Translations under genes and position numbers: made by a program
Assembly: GCA_017544405.1 (NCBI GenBank)
Contig: JAFYEE010000075.1
Location: forward strand, 3,613-67,612
Direction: 5' to 3'
DNA: 64,000 bases
Origin: Lachnospiraceae bacterium
GTDB lineage: Bacteria > Bacillota > Clostridia > Lachnospirales > Lachnospiraceae
Part shown: piece by piece, positions 18,855 to 29,983 of the stretch
Layout: each line of letters opens with the position of its first letter
Numbering within the stretch: position 1 is the stretch's first letter
The notes under the pieces: model-generated
Databases searched by the model: none
Told to the model about the DNA's origin: nothing
The model's input: only the letters and a program-made list of their open reading frames with translations

Positions 18855-20642
18855 GTGCGGAAAATGCGTAAGAAAAACATCGGAAGAAGGATCATCATGG
18901 GACTGATCGTTATGGCGGCAGCTCTGACGGGCTGCGGAAAGACGCAGGAGCGAACGGAAGACTTCCATACGGAGCTGTTCGGAGAACATGTATATATCTT
19001 TTCGCCGGAGGATGATCCGGCGCAGGTGCAGGCGGTCCTGGACGGGATCTACCGGACACAGGAAACAGGGCAGTTCGGGCAGGAGCGGTATGCGCTTTAC
19101 TTCCTGCCGGGAACCTATGACGAATCGCTGCAGGTGCAGGTGGGGTTCTACACGCAGGTTGCGGGTCTGGGAAAGCTCCCGACGGATACGAAGATACCGA
19201 AGCTTCAGTCTCTGGCGCGATGGCTGGGAAATGACCCGGGCAATCACAACGCCTGCTGCAATTTCTGGCGGGGTGTGGAAAATCTGGAGATGCAGAGCAA
19301 TACCGTCTGGGCGGTTTCGCAGGCAACGGACATGCGCAGGGTGCAGGTCGACGGCGCGCTGTATCTGCATGACGATTACGGCTGGGCGAGCGGCGGATTT
19401 CTGGCGGATTCACGCATCACGAGCATGGTGGATTCCGGCTCCCAGCAGCAGTGGCTGAGCCGCAACAACGGCTACCGCATGTGGATGGGCGAAAACTGGA
19501 ACATGGTCTTTCTCGGGGACGAGGAGGGCGGGGTGCCGACCGGCACCTGGCCCGGCAAATCCTACACGCCGGTGAATGAAACGGAACTCATCCGGGAAAA
19601 GCCTTTCCTGTTCTTCGATGAGAAGCAGGGGTATCAGGTATTTGTGCCTGCCTGGAAGACGGACGCGAAGGGGACGGACTGGGAAAGCGGGGAGCAGCCC
19701 GGGGAAGCGATCTCCCTGAAAGACTTCTATATTGCGAAGGAAGGCATCGACAGCGCGGCGACGCTGAACGAAGCGCTGAAGCAGGGAAAGCATCTGCTCT
19801 TCACACCGGGCATCTACCGTCTGGACGAGGAGCTGGTCATCACCCGGCCGGGCACCATCGTGCTGGGCATGGGACTGGCTACGCTGACACCGACGCAGGG
19901 GAATGCATGCCTGCGCTCCGAGGGGGCGGACGGACTGATCCTGGCAGGACTCCTCATGGATGCAGGCACGACCGAATCCGAAACCCTGCTGCATCTGGGC
20001 AGCACCACGGGGGAGGATGCGGAGCCGAGCCTTCTGGCGGATCTCTACTTCCGGGTCGGAGGCACGCCCACGGACATGCCTGCCAAAGTGCAGAGCTGTG
20101 CGGTGATCGATGCGGACCGCGTGGTCGGTGACAATCTCTGGGTATGGCGCGCGGACCACGGGGATCAGGTGGCCTGGAACAAAAATACGGCCCGCAACGG
20201 GATCCTTCTGAACGGGGATCACATCCGCATGTACGCATTGATGGTGGAGCATTTCCAGGAGTACCAGACCGTCTGGAACGGGGAGGACGGGAAATGCATC
20301 ATGTACCAGAGCGAGATCCCCTACGATGTCCCTTCGCCGGAGAGCTGGCGCAGCCTGGGCGGAACCAGAGACGGATTCGCCTCCTTCAAGGTCGGCGAGG
20401 AAGTGACCTCCTTTGAGGGTACGGGCATCGGGATCTACCTCTACAACCGGGATGCGATCATCCCGCTGCACTGCGCGATGGAGATTCCGGACCGCGCGGG
20501 TGTGAAGGTGCACAATCTGATCACCGTGATGCTGACGGGGCATCCCGGGATGGAACACGGGATCAACGATTCCGGCATGTCCGTGCTGCAGGGCGGTCAG
20601 ACGGCACGGATCATCGATTATGAGAACGGACTGATCAAGTAG
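18855..20642 (+). CDS. GH55-type exo-beta-1,3-glucanase lipoprotein
   Basis: Lipobox ALTGC; QFGQERYALYFLPGTY, VGFYTQVAGLG, NFWRGVEN, WAVSQA, ASGGF, SQQQW, WRADHG, EHFQ, YQSEIPYD as in bacterial GH55 (alternative ATG at 18864). Confidence 0.8.
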   Translation: MRKMRKKNIGRRIIMGLIVMAAALTGCGKTQERTEDFHTELFGEHVYIFSPEDDPAQVQAVLDGIYRTQETGQFGQERYALYFLPGTYDESLQVQVGFYTQVAGLGKLPTDTKIPKLQSLARWLGNDPGNHNACCNFWRGVENLEMQSNTVWAVSQATDMRRVQVDGALYLHDDYGWASGGFLADSRITSMVDSGSQQQWLSRNNGYRMWMGENWNMVFLGDEEGGVPTGTWPGKSYTPVNETELIREKPFLFFDEKQGYQVFVPAWKTDAKGTDWESGEQPGEAISLKDFYIAKEGIDSAATLNEALKQGKHLLFTPGIYRLDEELVITRPGTIVLGMGLATLTPTQGNACLRSEGADGLILAGLLMDAGTTESETLLHLGSTTGEDAEPSLLADLYFRVGGTPTDMPAKVQSCAVIDADRVVGDNLWVWRADHGDQVAWNKNTARNGILLNGDHIRMYALMVEHFQEYQTVWNGEDGKCIMYQSEIPYDVPSPESWRSLGGTRDGFASFKVGEEVTSFEGTGIGIYLYNRDAIIPLHCAMEIPDRAGVKVHNLITVMLTGHPGMEHGINDSGMSVLQGGQTARIIDYENGLIK

Positions 20643-20656
20643 AAAGGACAGGAAAC

Positions 20657-23362
20657 ATGACAGGATATGAATTTATCGGGAACGATGGAACCTTCCGTCT
20701 GCGCCATGCGGAAAAGTACCGGGATCTGTATTTCCCGCTTGCGGGAGAAAATGGCCTGAAAAGCTGTATCACGCCGCAGCTCGCGGGGGATGCCAAGATC
20801 GATCAGAACCACTTCCTGTTTCCTCCGGTCAGTATCCTTGACTTGAAGGAGGGACGGACCGGGCGCAACTTCTGGATCCTTCCGGAGGGGGAGGAGCCCT
20901 GGAGCGTAAGCGGCAGCACGCCGGCACAGAGAGCCCTGAGCCTTACGGACAGCGCCGAGGAAGTGGAGATCGAAGCGGGTTTCATGTGGCACAGGATGAC
21001 AAGAGTGTCGGACGCCCGCGCTCTGCAGGCCTCTGTGACGAGCTTTATCCCCTTTGACAAAAATGTGGAAGTGCATATCCTGCGGGTGACCAACCTGGCG
21101 GAGGAGGAGCGGACCTTCACGGTCCTGCCGGCCCTTCCGATCTACGGAAGAAGCGCGGACAACCTGCGGGATCACCGGCATGTGACCTCTCTTCTGAACC
21201 GGATCCGGCTCACCGGCTTCGGTGTGGAGAACCGTCCGACGCTCTCCTTCGATGAGCGCGGACATCAGAAGGCGGACAGCACCTACCTCACGGAGGGCTT
21301 TGAGGCGGACGGAACCGCTCCGGTGGCTTTCTATCCCGTGCTGGAGGACTATGTCGGAAGCGCCGGGGATCTGTCCTGGCCCGAGGCAGTGGCACGGTTC
21401 GGTCAGGCGGGGGCCTATGAAGGTGTTCCGGCTTCGGCCGATGGGACGGACGGACAGGAGGCATTGGGGGCGTTCCGCTTCCGGCCGGTCGTCTGCGGAC
21501 CGCAGCAGACCAGAACCTATATCATCCTCGCGGGGATCTGCCCGGCGGAGGGGGATTTTGCCGCGGTGCGGGAGAGCCTGAATACCGAGGAAAAGGCGGA
21601 GCACGAGCTTTGCCGGACCAAGGATTACTGGATCCGCAAGGTGAACCTTCAGATCAGTACCGGAGATGACAGACGTGACGGGATCCTGCGCTGGATCAGC
21701 TTCCAGCCTTTTCTGCGCCGGATCTTCGGATGCTCCTTCCTGCCCCATCACGATTACGGGCGCGGGGGACGCGGCTGGCGGGATCTGTGGCAGGACTGTC
21801 TCGCCCTGCTTCTGATGCAGCCGGAGTCGGTTCGTCAGCTCCTGCACAGCAATTTCGCGGGCGTGCGGCTCGACGGGACGAACGCGACGATCATCGGCGA
21901 TCGCCCCGGGCAGTTCAAGGCGGATCGCAATTCCATCACCAGAGTATGGATGGACCACGGCGTATGGCCCTGGATGACTACGCTTCTGTATCTGAACCAG
22001 ACGGGCGACTGGGAATTTCTCTTTGAGGAGAGTCCTTACTTTGAGGACGGGCAGGTGATGCGCGGGAGAAAGAAGCAGCCTGCACAGAGTGCGCGTTTGA
22101 GGCATCTGCGCGAGGATGGAACGACGCTCATGGCGACCAATCTCGAGCATCTGCTGCTTCAGAATCTGACGGCGGCAGACGAGGTCGGGGAGCACGGAAT
22201 GCTGCAGCTGCGTGATGCCGACTGGAACGATGCACTCGATCTGGCCGGACAGCGCGGAGAGAGCGTGGCCTTTTCCGCGGCCTATGCGGACAATCTGCTG
22301 ACCATGGCCCAGGTGCTGGCCCGTCCGGAGCTGAGCGGCAGAGAGCTGTCTGTGACGGAAGAGATCGGGGCTCTTCTGCGGGAGGATCCGGGCGAAGCAT
22401 CCGGTGCGGAGGCGGATGCAGAGCGGCTTCAAAACTATTGCAGCTCCGTTCTGGGGCCGGTAAGCGGGCGCATCCTTCGGATCAGCTGCGGGAATCTCTC
22501 GGGCTTTCTGAAGGAAAAAGGGGAGCGCCTTCTGGAGCGGATCCGGCAGCAGGAATGGCACGAGACACAAGGGGGAGAAGGGTGGTTCAACAGTTATTAC
22601 GATAATGACGGACAGGCACTGGACCGTGCGGATGCGGAGGATCCCATGATGATGCTGACCGGTCAGGTCTTCACCGTCGCATCGGGCGCTGCTACGAAGG
22701 AGCAGATCGAAAAGATCACGCGGGCAGCGGATCACAGACTTTATGACAAGGGCTGCGGCGGCTATCGTCTGAACACGGATTTCGGCGAGGTACGGATGAA
22801 CATGGGACGCATGTTCGGATTCGCTTACGGGGAGAAGGAGAACGGAGCGGTCTTTTCCCACATGGCGGTGATGTACGGCAACGCACTCTACCGCAGGGGC
22901 TTCGGGCGAGAGGGGTTCCGTGCGCTTGGCAGTCTGATGTACGCGGCCGGAGATTTCCCGGTGTCGCAGATGTATCCGGGACTGCCCGAGTACTTCGGCC
23001 GGGGCGGCAAGGGGCTCTATCAGTACCTGACGGGCGCGGCCAGCTGGTACCTGATGACCGTGCTGACGCAGATGTACGGCGTGCGCGGAGACGGGGGCGA
23101 TCTGGTGCTGCACCCGCAGCTGATGGAAAAACAGTTCGATTCGGAAGGAAAGAACTGTGTTGACTTCCGGTTCGCAGGTCGGAGCCTTCGCCTGGAGATC
23201 CGGAACGAAAACTGTGTCACATACGAGGAAGCGCAGATCCGAAAGGCTTTGCTGGCCGGAGAAGCGCTGGAGATCACAGACGGCGAGGTGCATATCCCCA
23301 GACGGCGTATCGAACAGCTGGATGCGGCGAGAAAGCACCGGATCGAGCTGGAACTGGGCTGA
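20657..23362 (+). CDS. GH94 phosphorylase, laminaribiose phosphorylase type
   Basis: FGCSFLPHHDYGRGGRGWRDLWQD, ADWNDALD, KENGAVFSH, YPGLPEYF, YLTGAASW. Confidence 0.85.
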   Translation: MTGYEFIGNDGTFRLRHAEKYRDLYFPLAGENGLKSCITPQLAGDAKIDQNHFLFPPVSILDLKEGRTGRNFWILPEGEEPWSVSGSTPAQRALSLTDSAEEVEIEAGFMWHRMTRVSDARALQASVTSFIPFDKNVEVHILRVTNLAEEERTFTVLPALPIYGRSADNLRDHRHVTSLLNRIRLTGFGVENRPTLSFDERGHQKADSTYLTEGFEADGTAPVAFYPVLEDYVGSAGDLSWPEAVARFGQAGAYEGVPASADGTDGQEALGAFRFRPVVCGPQQTRTYIILAGICPAEGDFAAVRESLNTEEKAEHELCRTKDYWIRKVNLQISTGDDRRDGILRWISFQPFLRRIFGCSFLPHHDYGRGGRGWRDLWQDCLALLLMQPESVRQLLHSNFAGVRLDGTNATIIGDRPGQFKADRNSITRVWMDHGVWPWMTTLLYLNQTGDWEFLFEESPYFEDGQVMRGRKKQPAQSARLRHLREDGTTLMATNLEHLLLQNLTAADEVGEHGMLQLRDADWNDALDLAGQRGESVAFSAAYADNLLTMAQVLARPELSGRELSVTEEIGALLREDPGEASGAEADAERLQNYCSSVLGPVSGRILRISCGNLSGFLKEKGERLLERIRQQEWHETQGGEGWFNSYYDNDGQALDRADAEDPMMMLTGQVFTVASGAATKEQIEKITRAADHRLYDKGCGGYRLNTDFGEVRMNMGRMFGFAYGEKENGAVFSHMAVMYGNALYRRGFGREGFRALGSLMYAAGDFPVSQMYPGLPEYFGRGGKGLYQYLTGAASWYLMTVLTQMYGVRGDGGDLVLHPQLMEKQFDSEGKNCVDFRFAGRSLRLEIRNENCVTYEEAQIRKALLAGEALEITDGEVHIPRRRIEQLDAARKHRIELELG

Positions 23363-23450
23363 AGGAACGGAGGGGCTGCGGACGGAGGAGACGGTGCGAG
23401 CAGGATCCACCCGGCGCAGACCAGGGAATAAGGAATAAAGGAGTACGGAC

Positions 23451-26400
23451 ATGCAGAATTATGAAATCAGAGACTACGGAACCAAGTCGCCCTTTGCCAG
23501 CTTTCTCCCCGGGATCGCGGGACTTAAGGGAAAGCCGATCTGGTGCTACTACGTAAACCGTGGCCAGGCCGTGGCCAGCTTCGGAACGGAGCACAAGGAT
23601 CATGCGATCATGGAATTCTACCCGGCACATGCCGCCTATCAGAATGTCAAGCGGACCGGCTTTCGCACCTTCCTGAAGAGGGCGGACGGCAGCGTGGCGG
23701 AGAGCTTCTCCCGTGAGGAGATCCCGCACCGCATGGAGATCGGAATGAATACGCTGACGATCGAGGAGGAGAATGCGGAGTTCGGCGTCCGGACGAGGGT
23801 CACGTACTTTATCCTGCCGGAAGAGCCGATGGGCGCTCTCGTGCGGGAGGTGGAGCTGACGAATCTGACCGGGGAAGAGCTTTCGCTTGAAGTTCTCGAC
23901 GGTATGCCTGCACTGATCCCCTACGGGGTCGGACAGGAGAGCATCAAGACGATGACGCAGCTCGTCAAGGCCTGGATGCAGGCGGAGGAGCTGGAGAGCC
24001 GCGTGCCCTTCTTCCGGGTGCGTGCCAGCATGGAGGATACAGCGAGCGTGACGGAGGTCAAGGGAGGCAATTATGCGCTGGCCGTGACCGAAGACGGAGA
24101 AAAGCTTCCTCCGATCGTCGACATGAATGTCATCTTCGGGTATGACAGCTCGCTGGAGCGTCCGGTGAATTTCCTGCATACGCCGCTGGAGGAGCTTCTT
24201 GCGCGCAGACAGAATACCTCGAATCTGTTCCCGGGGTGCTTCTTTGCACAGAAGGTGCAGCTGGCGCCCGGAGCCGGTACCGTTTTCCATGAGATGATCG
24301 GGCAGGCGGAGAACCGTGCCGCTTTGGAAGCCTATCTCGGATCCCGGACCTGGACCGGAGATTTCTTTGTACAAAAGCTGCGGCGCGCCGGGGAACTGAC
24401 GGAGGAGCTGACGCAGCGCATCGCCGGCCACACCGGGAATGCGACCTTTGACGCCTACACGCAGTATACCTATATGGACAATGTGCTGCGCGGCGGTCAG
24501 CCCGTGCGCATCGGGAAGAATCACATCTTCCATGTATATTCCAGAAAGCACGGGGATCTCGAGCGCGAGTACAATTACTTTGCCATGTCTCCCGAGTATT
24601 ATTCCCAGGGCAACGGCAATTTCCGCGATGTCAATCAGAACCGGCGCGAGGACAATTTCTTCTCCCCGATCGTCGGGCGGGAGAATATCTACATGTTCTA
24701 TGACCTGATCCAGGCGGACGGGTACAACCCCTTAAGCGTGGAGCGCAGGACCTATCGCTTCGAAGACTGCGGCGAGGCGGCTGCGGATAATCTGCCCCGG
24801 ATCCCGCAGGATTTTGCGGACCGTTCCTTTACTCCCGGAGAGCTTCTGGGCGTGCTCGAGCGCGAGGGAAGGGAAGAGGATTTCGGACCTCTGATGGACC
24901 GGACGACGGAGGATGTCGGTGCGTCCTTCGGAGAAGGATACTGGTCGGATCACTGGACCTACAATCTGGACCTGGTGGAGGAATATCTGCGGCTCTATCC
25001 CGAGCAGGAGCGGGACCTTCTGCTGGAGGAGCGCTATACGTATTTCCCGTGCGAGGTGCGGGTCAATCCCAGAAGCCGTCGCTACGAAAAGACGGAGAAC
25101 GGAATCCGTCAGTACAACGCCATCACAAAGAACCCGGCCGGAAAAAATGCGGACCGCAGGGCTTCCCTTCTCGAAAAGATGGTGCTTCTGTGCATGACAA
25201 AGTTTGCGACGCTGGATCCCTACTTTATCGGCGTGGAGATGGAGGGTGGCAAGGCCGGCTGGTACGACGCACTCAACGGTCTGCCCGGACTCCTCGGATC
25301 CTCCGTTGCGGAGACCTGTGAGCTGGCGCGCATGCTGGACTTTGTGACGGACGCTCTGGAGCGCTACGAGCTGCCGCTGAAGGTATTTGCCGAACTCGGC
25401 GACTTCATGGAAGGACTCGGTGACATCATCGCCCGCCACCGGGAGGAACTGCTTTCGGAGCTGCCGGCGGATCATGCGGATGTCTGGAACGAGATGAACG
25501 ACTGCAAGGAAGCGTACCGTGCAAGGATCTATGAAGGATTCGGCGCGGAAGAGCGCACGGTGGGCACGGAGATGCTTTATGATCTGCTCCGGGCGATGCG
25601 CGGCGTTCTGGCCGCGGGTCTTGGGCGCGCGGAGGTGCTCGGTGCGGGACTTCTTCCGACTTACTTCTATATGGAGGTCACGGACTATACCGAGGATGCG
25701 GACGGCATCCATCCGAAGAGCTTCCGGCTGCAGAGCGTACCCGCGTTCCTGGAGGGACCGGTGCGGTATCTGAAGCTCCGGCTCCCGGAGGATCACAGAA
25801 AGCGTCTCTACCGCAAGGTGCGCGAGAGCGATCTCTACGACCACGCGCTCCGGATGTACAAGGTCAACGCACCGCTGACCGGCGCATCCTACGAGCTGGG
25901 TCGGTGCTGCTGCTTTACCCCCGGCTGGCTGGAGAACGAATCCATCTGGCTCCATATGGAATATAAATATCTGCTGGAGCTTCTCAAGTCCGGACTCTAC
26001 GAGGAGTTTGCCGGGGATCTGATCCATGCGGCCATCCCGTTCCTGGATCCGGAGATGTACGGAAGAAGCATCCTGGAGAATTCCTCCTTCCTGGTCAGCA
26101 GCGCCAACCCCGATCCTTCGATCCACGGCAAGGGCTTTGTCGCCAGACTCAGCGGTTCCACGGTCGAGTTCTTAAGCATCTGGAAGCGCATGATGTTCGG
26201 AAATCAGCCGATCCGCATGAAGGACGGAGAGCCGGAGATCCATCTGACCCCGCTGATCCCGGAGCAGCTCATCGGAGACGATCTCGAGATCCGGGCCCGC
26301 TTTATGGACCGGGTGGAAGTCGTTTACCGGCTGGCTGAGAAGAAGACCTACCTGCCCGGACAGTATGACAGCACCATGATGACGCTGATCCGTGAGGATG

Positions 26401-26495
26401 GGATAGAGGAGAAGGTCTGCGGGTGTCTTCGCGGAGACCGTGCGCGGGATTTCCGCGACGGTAAGTACAAAAAGGTGTTTATTGCTTTAGCATAA
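23451..26495 (+). CDS. GH161 beta-1,3-glucan phosphorylase
   Basis: FASFLPGIAG..G.PIW.YYVNRGQ, YSRKHGDLEREYN, QGNGNFRDVNQNRR, EGYWSDHWTY, GWYDALNGLPG, GWLENESIWLHMEYK, GFVARLSGST. Confidence 0.85.
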   Translation: MQNYEIRDYGTKSPFASFLPGIAGLKGKPIWCYYVNRGQAVASFGTEHKDHAIMEFYPAHAAYQNVKRTGFRTFLKRADGSVAESFSREEIPHRMEIGMNTLTIEEENAEFGVRTRVTYFILPEEPMGALVREVELTNLTGEELSLEVLDGMPALIPYGVGQESIKTMTQLVKAWMQAEELESRVPFFRVRASMEDTASVTEVKGGNYALAVTEDGEKLPPIVDMNVIFGYDSSLERPVNFLHTPLEELLARRQNTSNLFPGCFFAQKVQLAPGAGTVFHEMIGQAENRAALEAYLGSRTWTGDFFVQKLRRAGELTEELTQRIAGHTGNATFDAYTQYTYMDNVLRGGQPVRIGKNHIFHVYSRKHGDLEREYNYFAMSPEYYSQGNGNFRDVNQNRREDNFFSPIVGRENIYMFYDLIQADGYNPLSVERRTYRFEDCGEAAADNLPRIPQDFADRSFTPGELLGVLEREGREEDFGPLMDRTTEDVGASFGEGYWSDHWTYNLDLVEEYLRLYPEQERDLLLEERYTYFPCEVRVNPRSRRYEKTENGIRQYNAITKNPAGKNADRRASLLEKMVLLCMTKFATLDPYFIGVEMEGGKAGWYDALNGLPGLLGSSVAETCELARMLDFVTDALERYELPLKVFAELGDFMEGLGDIIARHREELLSELPADHADVWNEMNDCKEAYRARIYEGFGAEERTVGTEMLYDLLRAMRGVLAAGLGRAEVLGAGLLPTYFYMEVTDYTEDADGIHPKSFRLQSVPAFLEGPVRYLKLRLPEDHRKRLYRKVRESDLYDHALRMYKVNAPLTGASYELGRCCCFTPGWLENESIWLHMEYKYLLELLKSGLYEEFAGDLIHAAIPFLDPEMYGRSILENSSFLVSSANPDPSIHGKGFVARLSGSTVEFLSIWKRMMFGNQPIRMKDGEPEIHLTPLIPEQLIGDDLEIRARFMDRVEVVYRLAEKKTYLPGQYDSTMMTLIREDGIEEKVCGCLRGDRARDFRDGKYKKVFIALA

Positions 26496-26501
26496 AGCAG
26501 T

Positions 26502-26562
26502 AAAAAAAAGACACCATTTTAAAATTCAGTGCATTTTTTCAAAAATCGTACCCTCCTATAAT
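26502..26562 (+). promoter_or_regulatory. Putative activator site and -10 for the ABC operon
   Basis: AAAAAAAAGACACC with TATAAT 47 bp after the G; no clear -35. Confidence 0.6.
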
Positions 26563-26625
26563 CGAGTCATAGATAAGCCACAGAGGTCTTATCACTTTCG
26601 TACACGATTAAAGGAGGGTACATTT

Positions 26626-28059
26626 ATGAAACTGAAAAAGTTAACCGCACTGGTCATGGCCGGTCTGATGGCAGCTTCTCTTGCAGCCTGCGGATCTGAA
26701 GAGACCCAGACGAGTGGGACCACCGAGACGACCGGTTCCGCTTCCACTACCGAGAGCACGGCAAGCACCGACACCGGCAGCACCACCGAAGCTCCTTCCG
26801 CTCAGGGCGGAAAGCTCGTGATCTGGACGCTGGCAAAGGACCTCGAGTCCTTCGGCAACCGTTATGCAGAGCAGACGGGCGTTGAGGTTGAGACCGTCGT
26901 CATCGCTCCCGAAGATTATCCCACCAAGGTTCAGACCGCGATCATGGGCGGCGAGACCGAGCCGGATATCATCGTAGGCGAGCCTCAGATGCTTGGTGAT
27001 TTCTTTGACAACGGATTCTTTGCGAACCTGGATGACCTCGGAGCAAAGGATTATGACGGCAAGATCGTTGATTACGTCTGGAAGGTCGGCCAGGATTCCG
27101 ATGGTGTCCAGAGAGCCATTTCCTATCAGATCACTCCCGCAGGTATGTATTACCGCAGAGACATCGCGAAGGAAGTATTCGGAACGGACGATCCCGATGA
27201 GATCGGCAAGCTGTTCAAGGATTATCCCACCATTCTCGAGACTGCAAAGACTCTGAAGGATGCAGGCTATCGTATCTTCGCATCCGATTCCGAGATCAAC
27301 TACTTCTCCGGCGACAGCGCATGGGTAGTAGACGGTGCTCTGAATGTTTCCGATGCAAGATTTGAGTACATGGATCTGGTTGTGGATCTGTATCAGGGCG
27401 ACCTGACCGCATATGCAAACCAGTGGTCCACTCCCTGGTATCAGGCTATGAGCGGCGAGGTGCCTATCCTGACCGCTGAGATCCAGAACTACGAAGATTC
27501 TTCCGTCAACGTATGGGATGCTGACCAGTTCGCAGAGGCTACCGCAGATCTGGAGAAGACCACCGTCTTCGCATTCGGTCTTCCTTCCTGGGGCGTTCTG
27601 ACCATGAGAGATAATGTCGGCGAGACTTCCGGTCTCTGGGGCGTATGCTCCGGTCCTGCTTACGGCTTCGGCGGCGGTACCTACATCGGTATCTCTTCCC
27701 TGTCCGAGCGCAAGGATACTGCCTGGGACTTCATCAAGTTCTGCACGCTGAACGAGGACACCGCTGACTGGTGGATCGAGTTCTCCGAGGGCGACACGGT
27801 TTCCCTGATCTCCGCACTTGAGAAGCATAAGGATGACACCAACAGCGTATACGGCGGCGAGGCTCTGTATTCCTTCTGGCTGAAGCAGGCGGAAGGCATC
27901 GACTACTCCAAGGTTACCAAGTATGACAAGGTGATCGGCGATGCATGGGGCGCAGCGATTGGCTCCATCAAGACCGGCCAGGCAAGCAGAGAAGATGCGA
28001 TCAATACCTTCTATGACACTGTTGCATCCACCTATCCTGAACTGACAATCAACAGATAA
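26626..28059 (+). CDS. Carbohydrate ABC substrate-binding lipoprotein
   Basis: Lipobox SLAAC, S/T-rich linker, YYRRDIAKE, GGGTYIGI; strong RBS AAGGAGG. Confidence 0.9.
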   Translation: MKLKKLTALVMAGLMAASLAACGSEETQTSGTTETTGSASTTESTASTDTGSTTEAPSAQGGKLVIWTLAKDLESFGNRYAEQTGVEVETVVIAPEDYPTKVQTAIMGGETEPDIIVGEPQMLGDFFDNGFFANLDDLGAKDYDGKIVDYVWKVGQDSDGVQRAISYQITPAGMYYRRDIAKEVFGTDDPDEIGKLFKDYPTILETAKTLKDAGYRIFASDSEINYFSGDSAWVVDGALNVSDARFEYMDLVVDLYQGDLTAYANQWSTPWYQAMSGEVPILTAEIQNYEDSSVNVWDADQFAEATADLEKTTVFAFGLPSWGVLTMRDNVGETSGLWGVCSGPAYGFGGGTYIGISSLSERKDTAWDFIKFCTLNEDTADWWIEFSEGDTVSLISALEKHKDDTNSVYGGEALYSFWLKQAEGIDYSKVTKYDKVIGDAWGAAIGSIKTGQASREDAINTFYDTVASTYPELTINR

Positions 28060-28080
28060 TCGAAACTTTGGTTTAGAGAG

Positions 28081-28108
28081 TGCCCCCGGAAGTCATTTTC
28101 CGGGGGCA
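28081..28108 (+). other. Stem-loop after the SBP gene (mRNA stabiliser or partial terminator)
   Basis: TGCCCCCGGAA/TTCCGGGGGCA with no U-tract, between SBP and permease. Confidence 0.6.
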
Positions 28109-28139
28109 GTCGAAACCGGGGGAAGGTTGGGAAGGCGAA

Positions 28140-29078
28140 ATGGCTATGAAAGCGAATATGAAGAAAAAACGCAGCAAATTAACCGCATATAATAATTGGG
28201 GGTACCTTTTTGTAGCACCGTTTGTGATCGTTTTCCTGATCTTCAGTGTCTATCCCGTGCTCCGCACGCTTTACTTAAGCTTCACGAATCTGAAGGTCAT
28301 GGGCGATTTCAAGCTGATCGGCCTTGAAAACTACAAGCGAGTCCTCATGGACAAATTTTTCTGGAAGGCCCTTTGGAACACCGTCCGGATCTGGATCGTC
28401 AACATCGTGCTCCAGCTTGGTCTGGCTTTCCTGCTGATGATGGTCTTCAGCGACGTCAAGTACAAGATGAACGGTCTGCCCGTTTTCCGTGTCGTCTACT
28501 ACCTGCCGAACCTGATCGCGGCCACATCCGTTGCATTCCTTTTCTCCACTCTGCTCGACTGGAGATACGGAACTTTCAATATCATGATCAATACCATCGC
28601 CAAGACCTTCGGCCTGCGTTACAATCCGGTCGACTGGCTCGGCAGCAATGCCACGGCGGGCTACACCATAGCGGTGATCCAGGCCTGGATGTGGTTTGGC
28701 AATTCCTTCATCATGCTGATGGCCGGCGTACAGGGAATCTCCAGAGATTACTTTGAAGCGGCAGCCATCGACGGAGCCGGAAGGTGGACGATCTTCGGAA
28801 GGATCACGCTTCCGCTTTTGAGGCCGATCATGATGTATGTCGCGATCACCTCCCTGATCGGCGGCCTGCAGATGTTCGACCTTCCGTTCCTGATGGAGAG
28901 CGCGTCCTCACCGGCATACGGCTCGGTGCAGACCGTGATGATGTATCTGTACAAATTCGGTTTTACCGCCGGAACGATTCAGACCGGATATGCGTCCGCA
29001 GTGGCTTATGTCCTCTTCATGATCATCCTGTGCGTATCGGTGCTGGAACTCAAGCTCTTCCGAAGAAAGGAGGATTGA
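28140..29078 (+). CDS. Carbohydrate ABC permease (MalF-like)
   Basis: GYLFVAPF, GLENY, EAA motif FEAAAIDGAGRWTIFGRITLPLL. Confidence 0.92.
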   Translation: MAMKANMKKKRSKLTAYNNWGYLFVAPFVIVFLIFSVYPVLRTLYLSFTNLKVMGDFKLIGLENYKRVLMDKFFWKALWNTVRIWIVNIVLQLGLAFLLMMVFSDVKYKMNGLPVFRVVYYLPNLIAATSVAFLFSTLLDWRYGTFNIMINTIAKTFGLRYNPVDWLGSNATAGYTIAVIQAWMWFGNSFIMLMAGVQGISRDYFEAAAIDGAGRWTIFGRITLPLLRPIMMYVAITSLIGGLQMFDLPFLMESASSPAYGSVQTVMMYLYKFGFTAGTIQTGYASAVAYVLFMIILCVSVLELKLFRRKED

Positions 29079-29079
29079 C

Positions 29080-29907
29080 ATGGGTTACAAGATTAAAAAA
29101 GGTATCCTGTATTTTCTGCTGATCCTCCTGGCACTTGTGTGCCTCCTTCCCTTCCTTCTGATGATGGTCAATGCCACCAGAAGCGGAGCGGAGATCTCCC
29201 AGTCCTTTACCTTCATACCGAGCCATTACCTGAAGGATAACTGGGTCAGACTCTTTGATTATTTCAACCTCTTTGTGGGTATGCGGAACAGTTTGTTGGT
29301 CGCAGTCCCCGCTACCCTGCTCGGTGCGTACTTTTCCGGGCTTACAGCTTACGGCCTGGCAATGTACCGATTCCACGGCAACAAGGTGATCTTCGGAGCG
29401 ATCCTCGCATTCATGATGATCCCGGGACAGCTGTCCCTGATCGGATTCTATCAGCTGTGTGCGAAGCTCCATCTGATCAATACCTATGTACCGTTGATTT
29501 TGCCAGCCATAGCAGCACCGGGCACTGTGTTCTTCCTGCGGCAGTATATTTTATCCTCCCTGCCGCCGTCACTGATCGAGGCGGCCCGGATCGACGGAGC
29601 GAACGAGCTTTATTCCTTCCACAAAATCGTTCTGCCGATCATATCGCCGGCCATGGCTACGATGGGCATCATGGGATTTATCGGGAACTGGAACAATTAC
29701 CTCCTGCCCATGATCATCCTGACCAAGAATGAAAAATTCACCCTGCCGGTCATGATGGCTACGCTCCGGGCCTCTCTGGATGTGGCAAAGAATCAGGGCG
29801 CGACCTACCTGGCCGTCGCCATCAGCGTCATTCCGATCCTGCTGGTCTTCTGTTTCTTCTCGAAGTACATCATCAGCAGTATTTCGGCCGGCGCCGTCAA
29901 AGAATAA
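29080..29907 (+). CDS. Carbohydrate ABC permease (MalG-like)
   Basis: LIEAARIDGANE, WNNYLLP, ends ISAGAVKE. Confidence 0.92.
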   Translation: MGYKIKKGILYFLLILLALVCLLPFLLMMVNATRSGAEISQSFTFIPSHYLKDNWVRLFDYFNLFVGMRNSLLVAVPATLLGAYFSGLTAYGLAMYRFHGNKVIFGAILAFMMIPGQLSLIGFYQLCAKLHLINTYVPLILPAIAAPGTVFFLRQYILSSLPPSLIEAARIDGANELYSFHKIVLPIISPAMATMGIMGFIGNWNNYLLPMIILTKNEKFTLPVMMATLRASLDVAKNQGATYLAVAISVIPILLVFCFFSKYIISSISAGAVKE

Positions 29908-29920
29908 AAGGTTGTTTCAT

Positions 29921-29952
29921 GGCCACCGGGACCCTACGCCCGGTGGCCTTTT
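29921..29952 (+). terminator. Intrinsic terminator
   Basis: GGCCACCGGG/CCCGGTGGCC followed by TTTT. Confidence 0.7.
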
Positions 29953-29983
29953 CGCGTTCTTTCGAATGTGGTATATTTTTTTT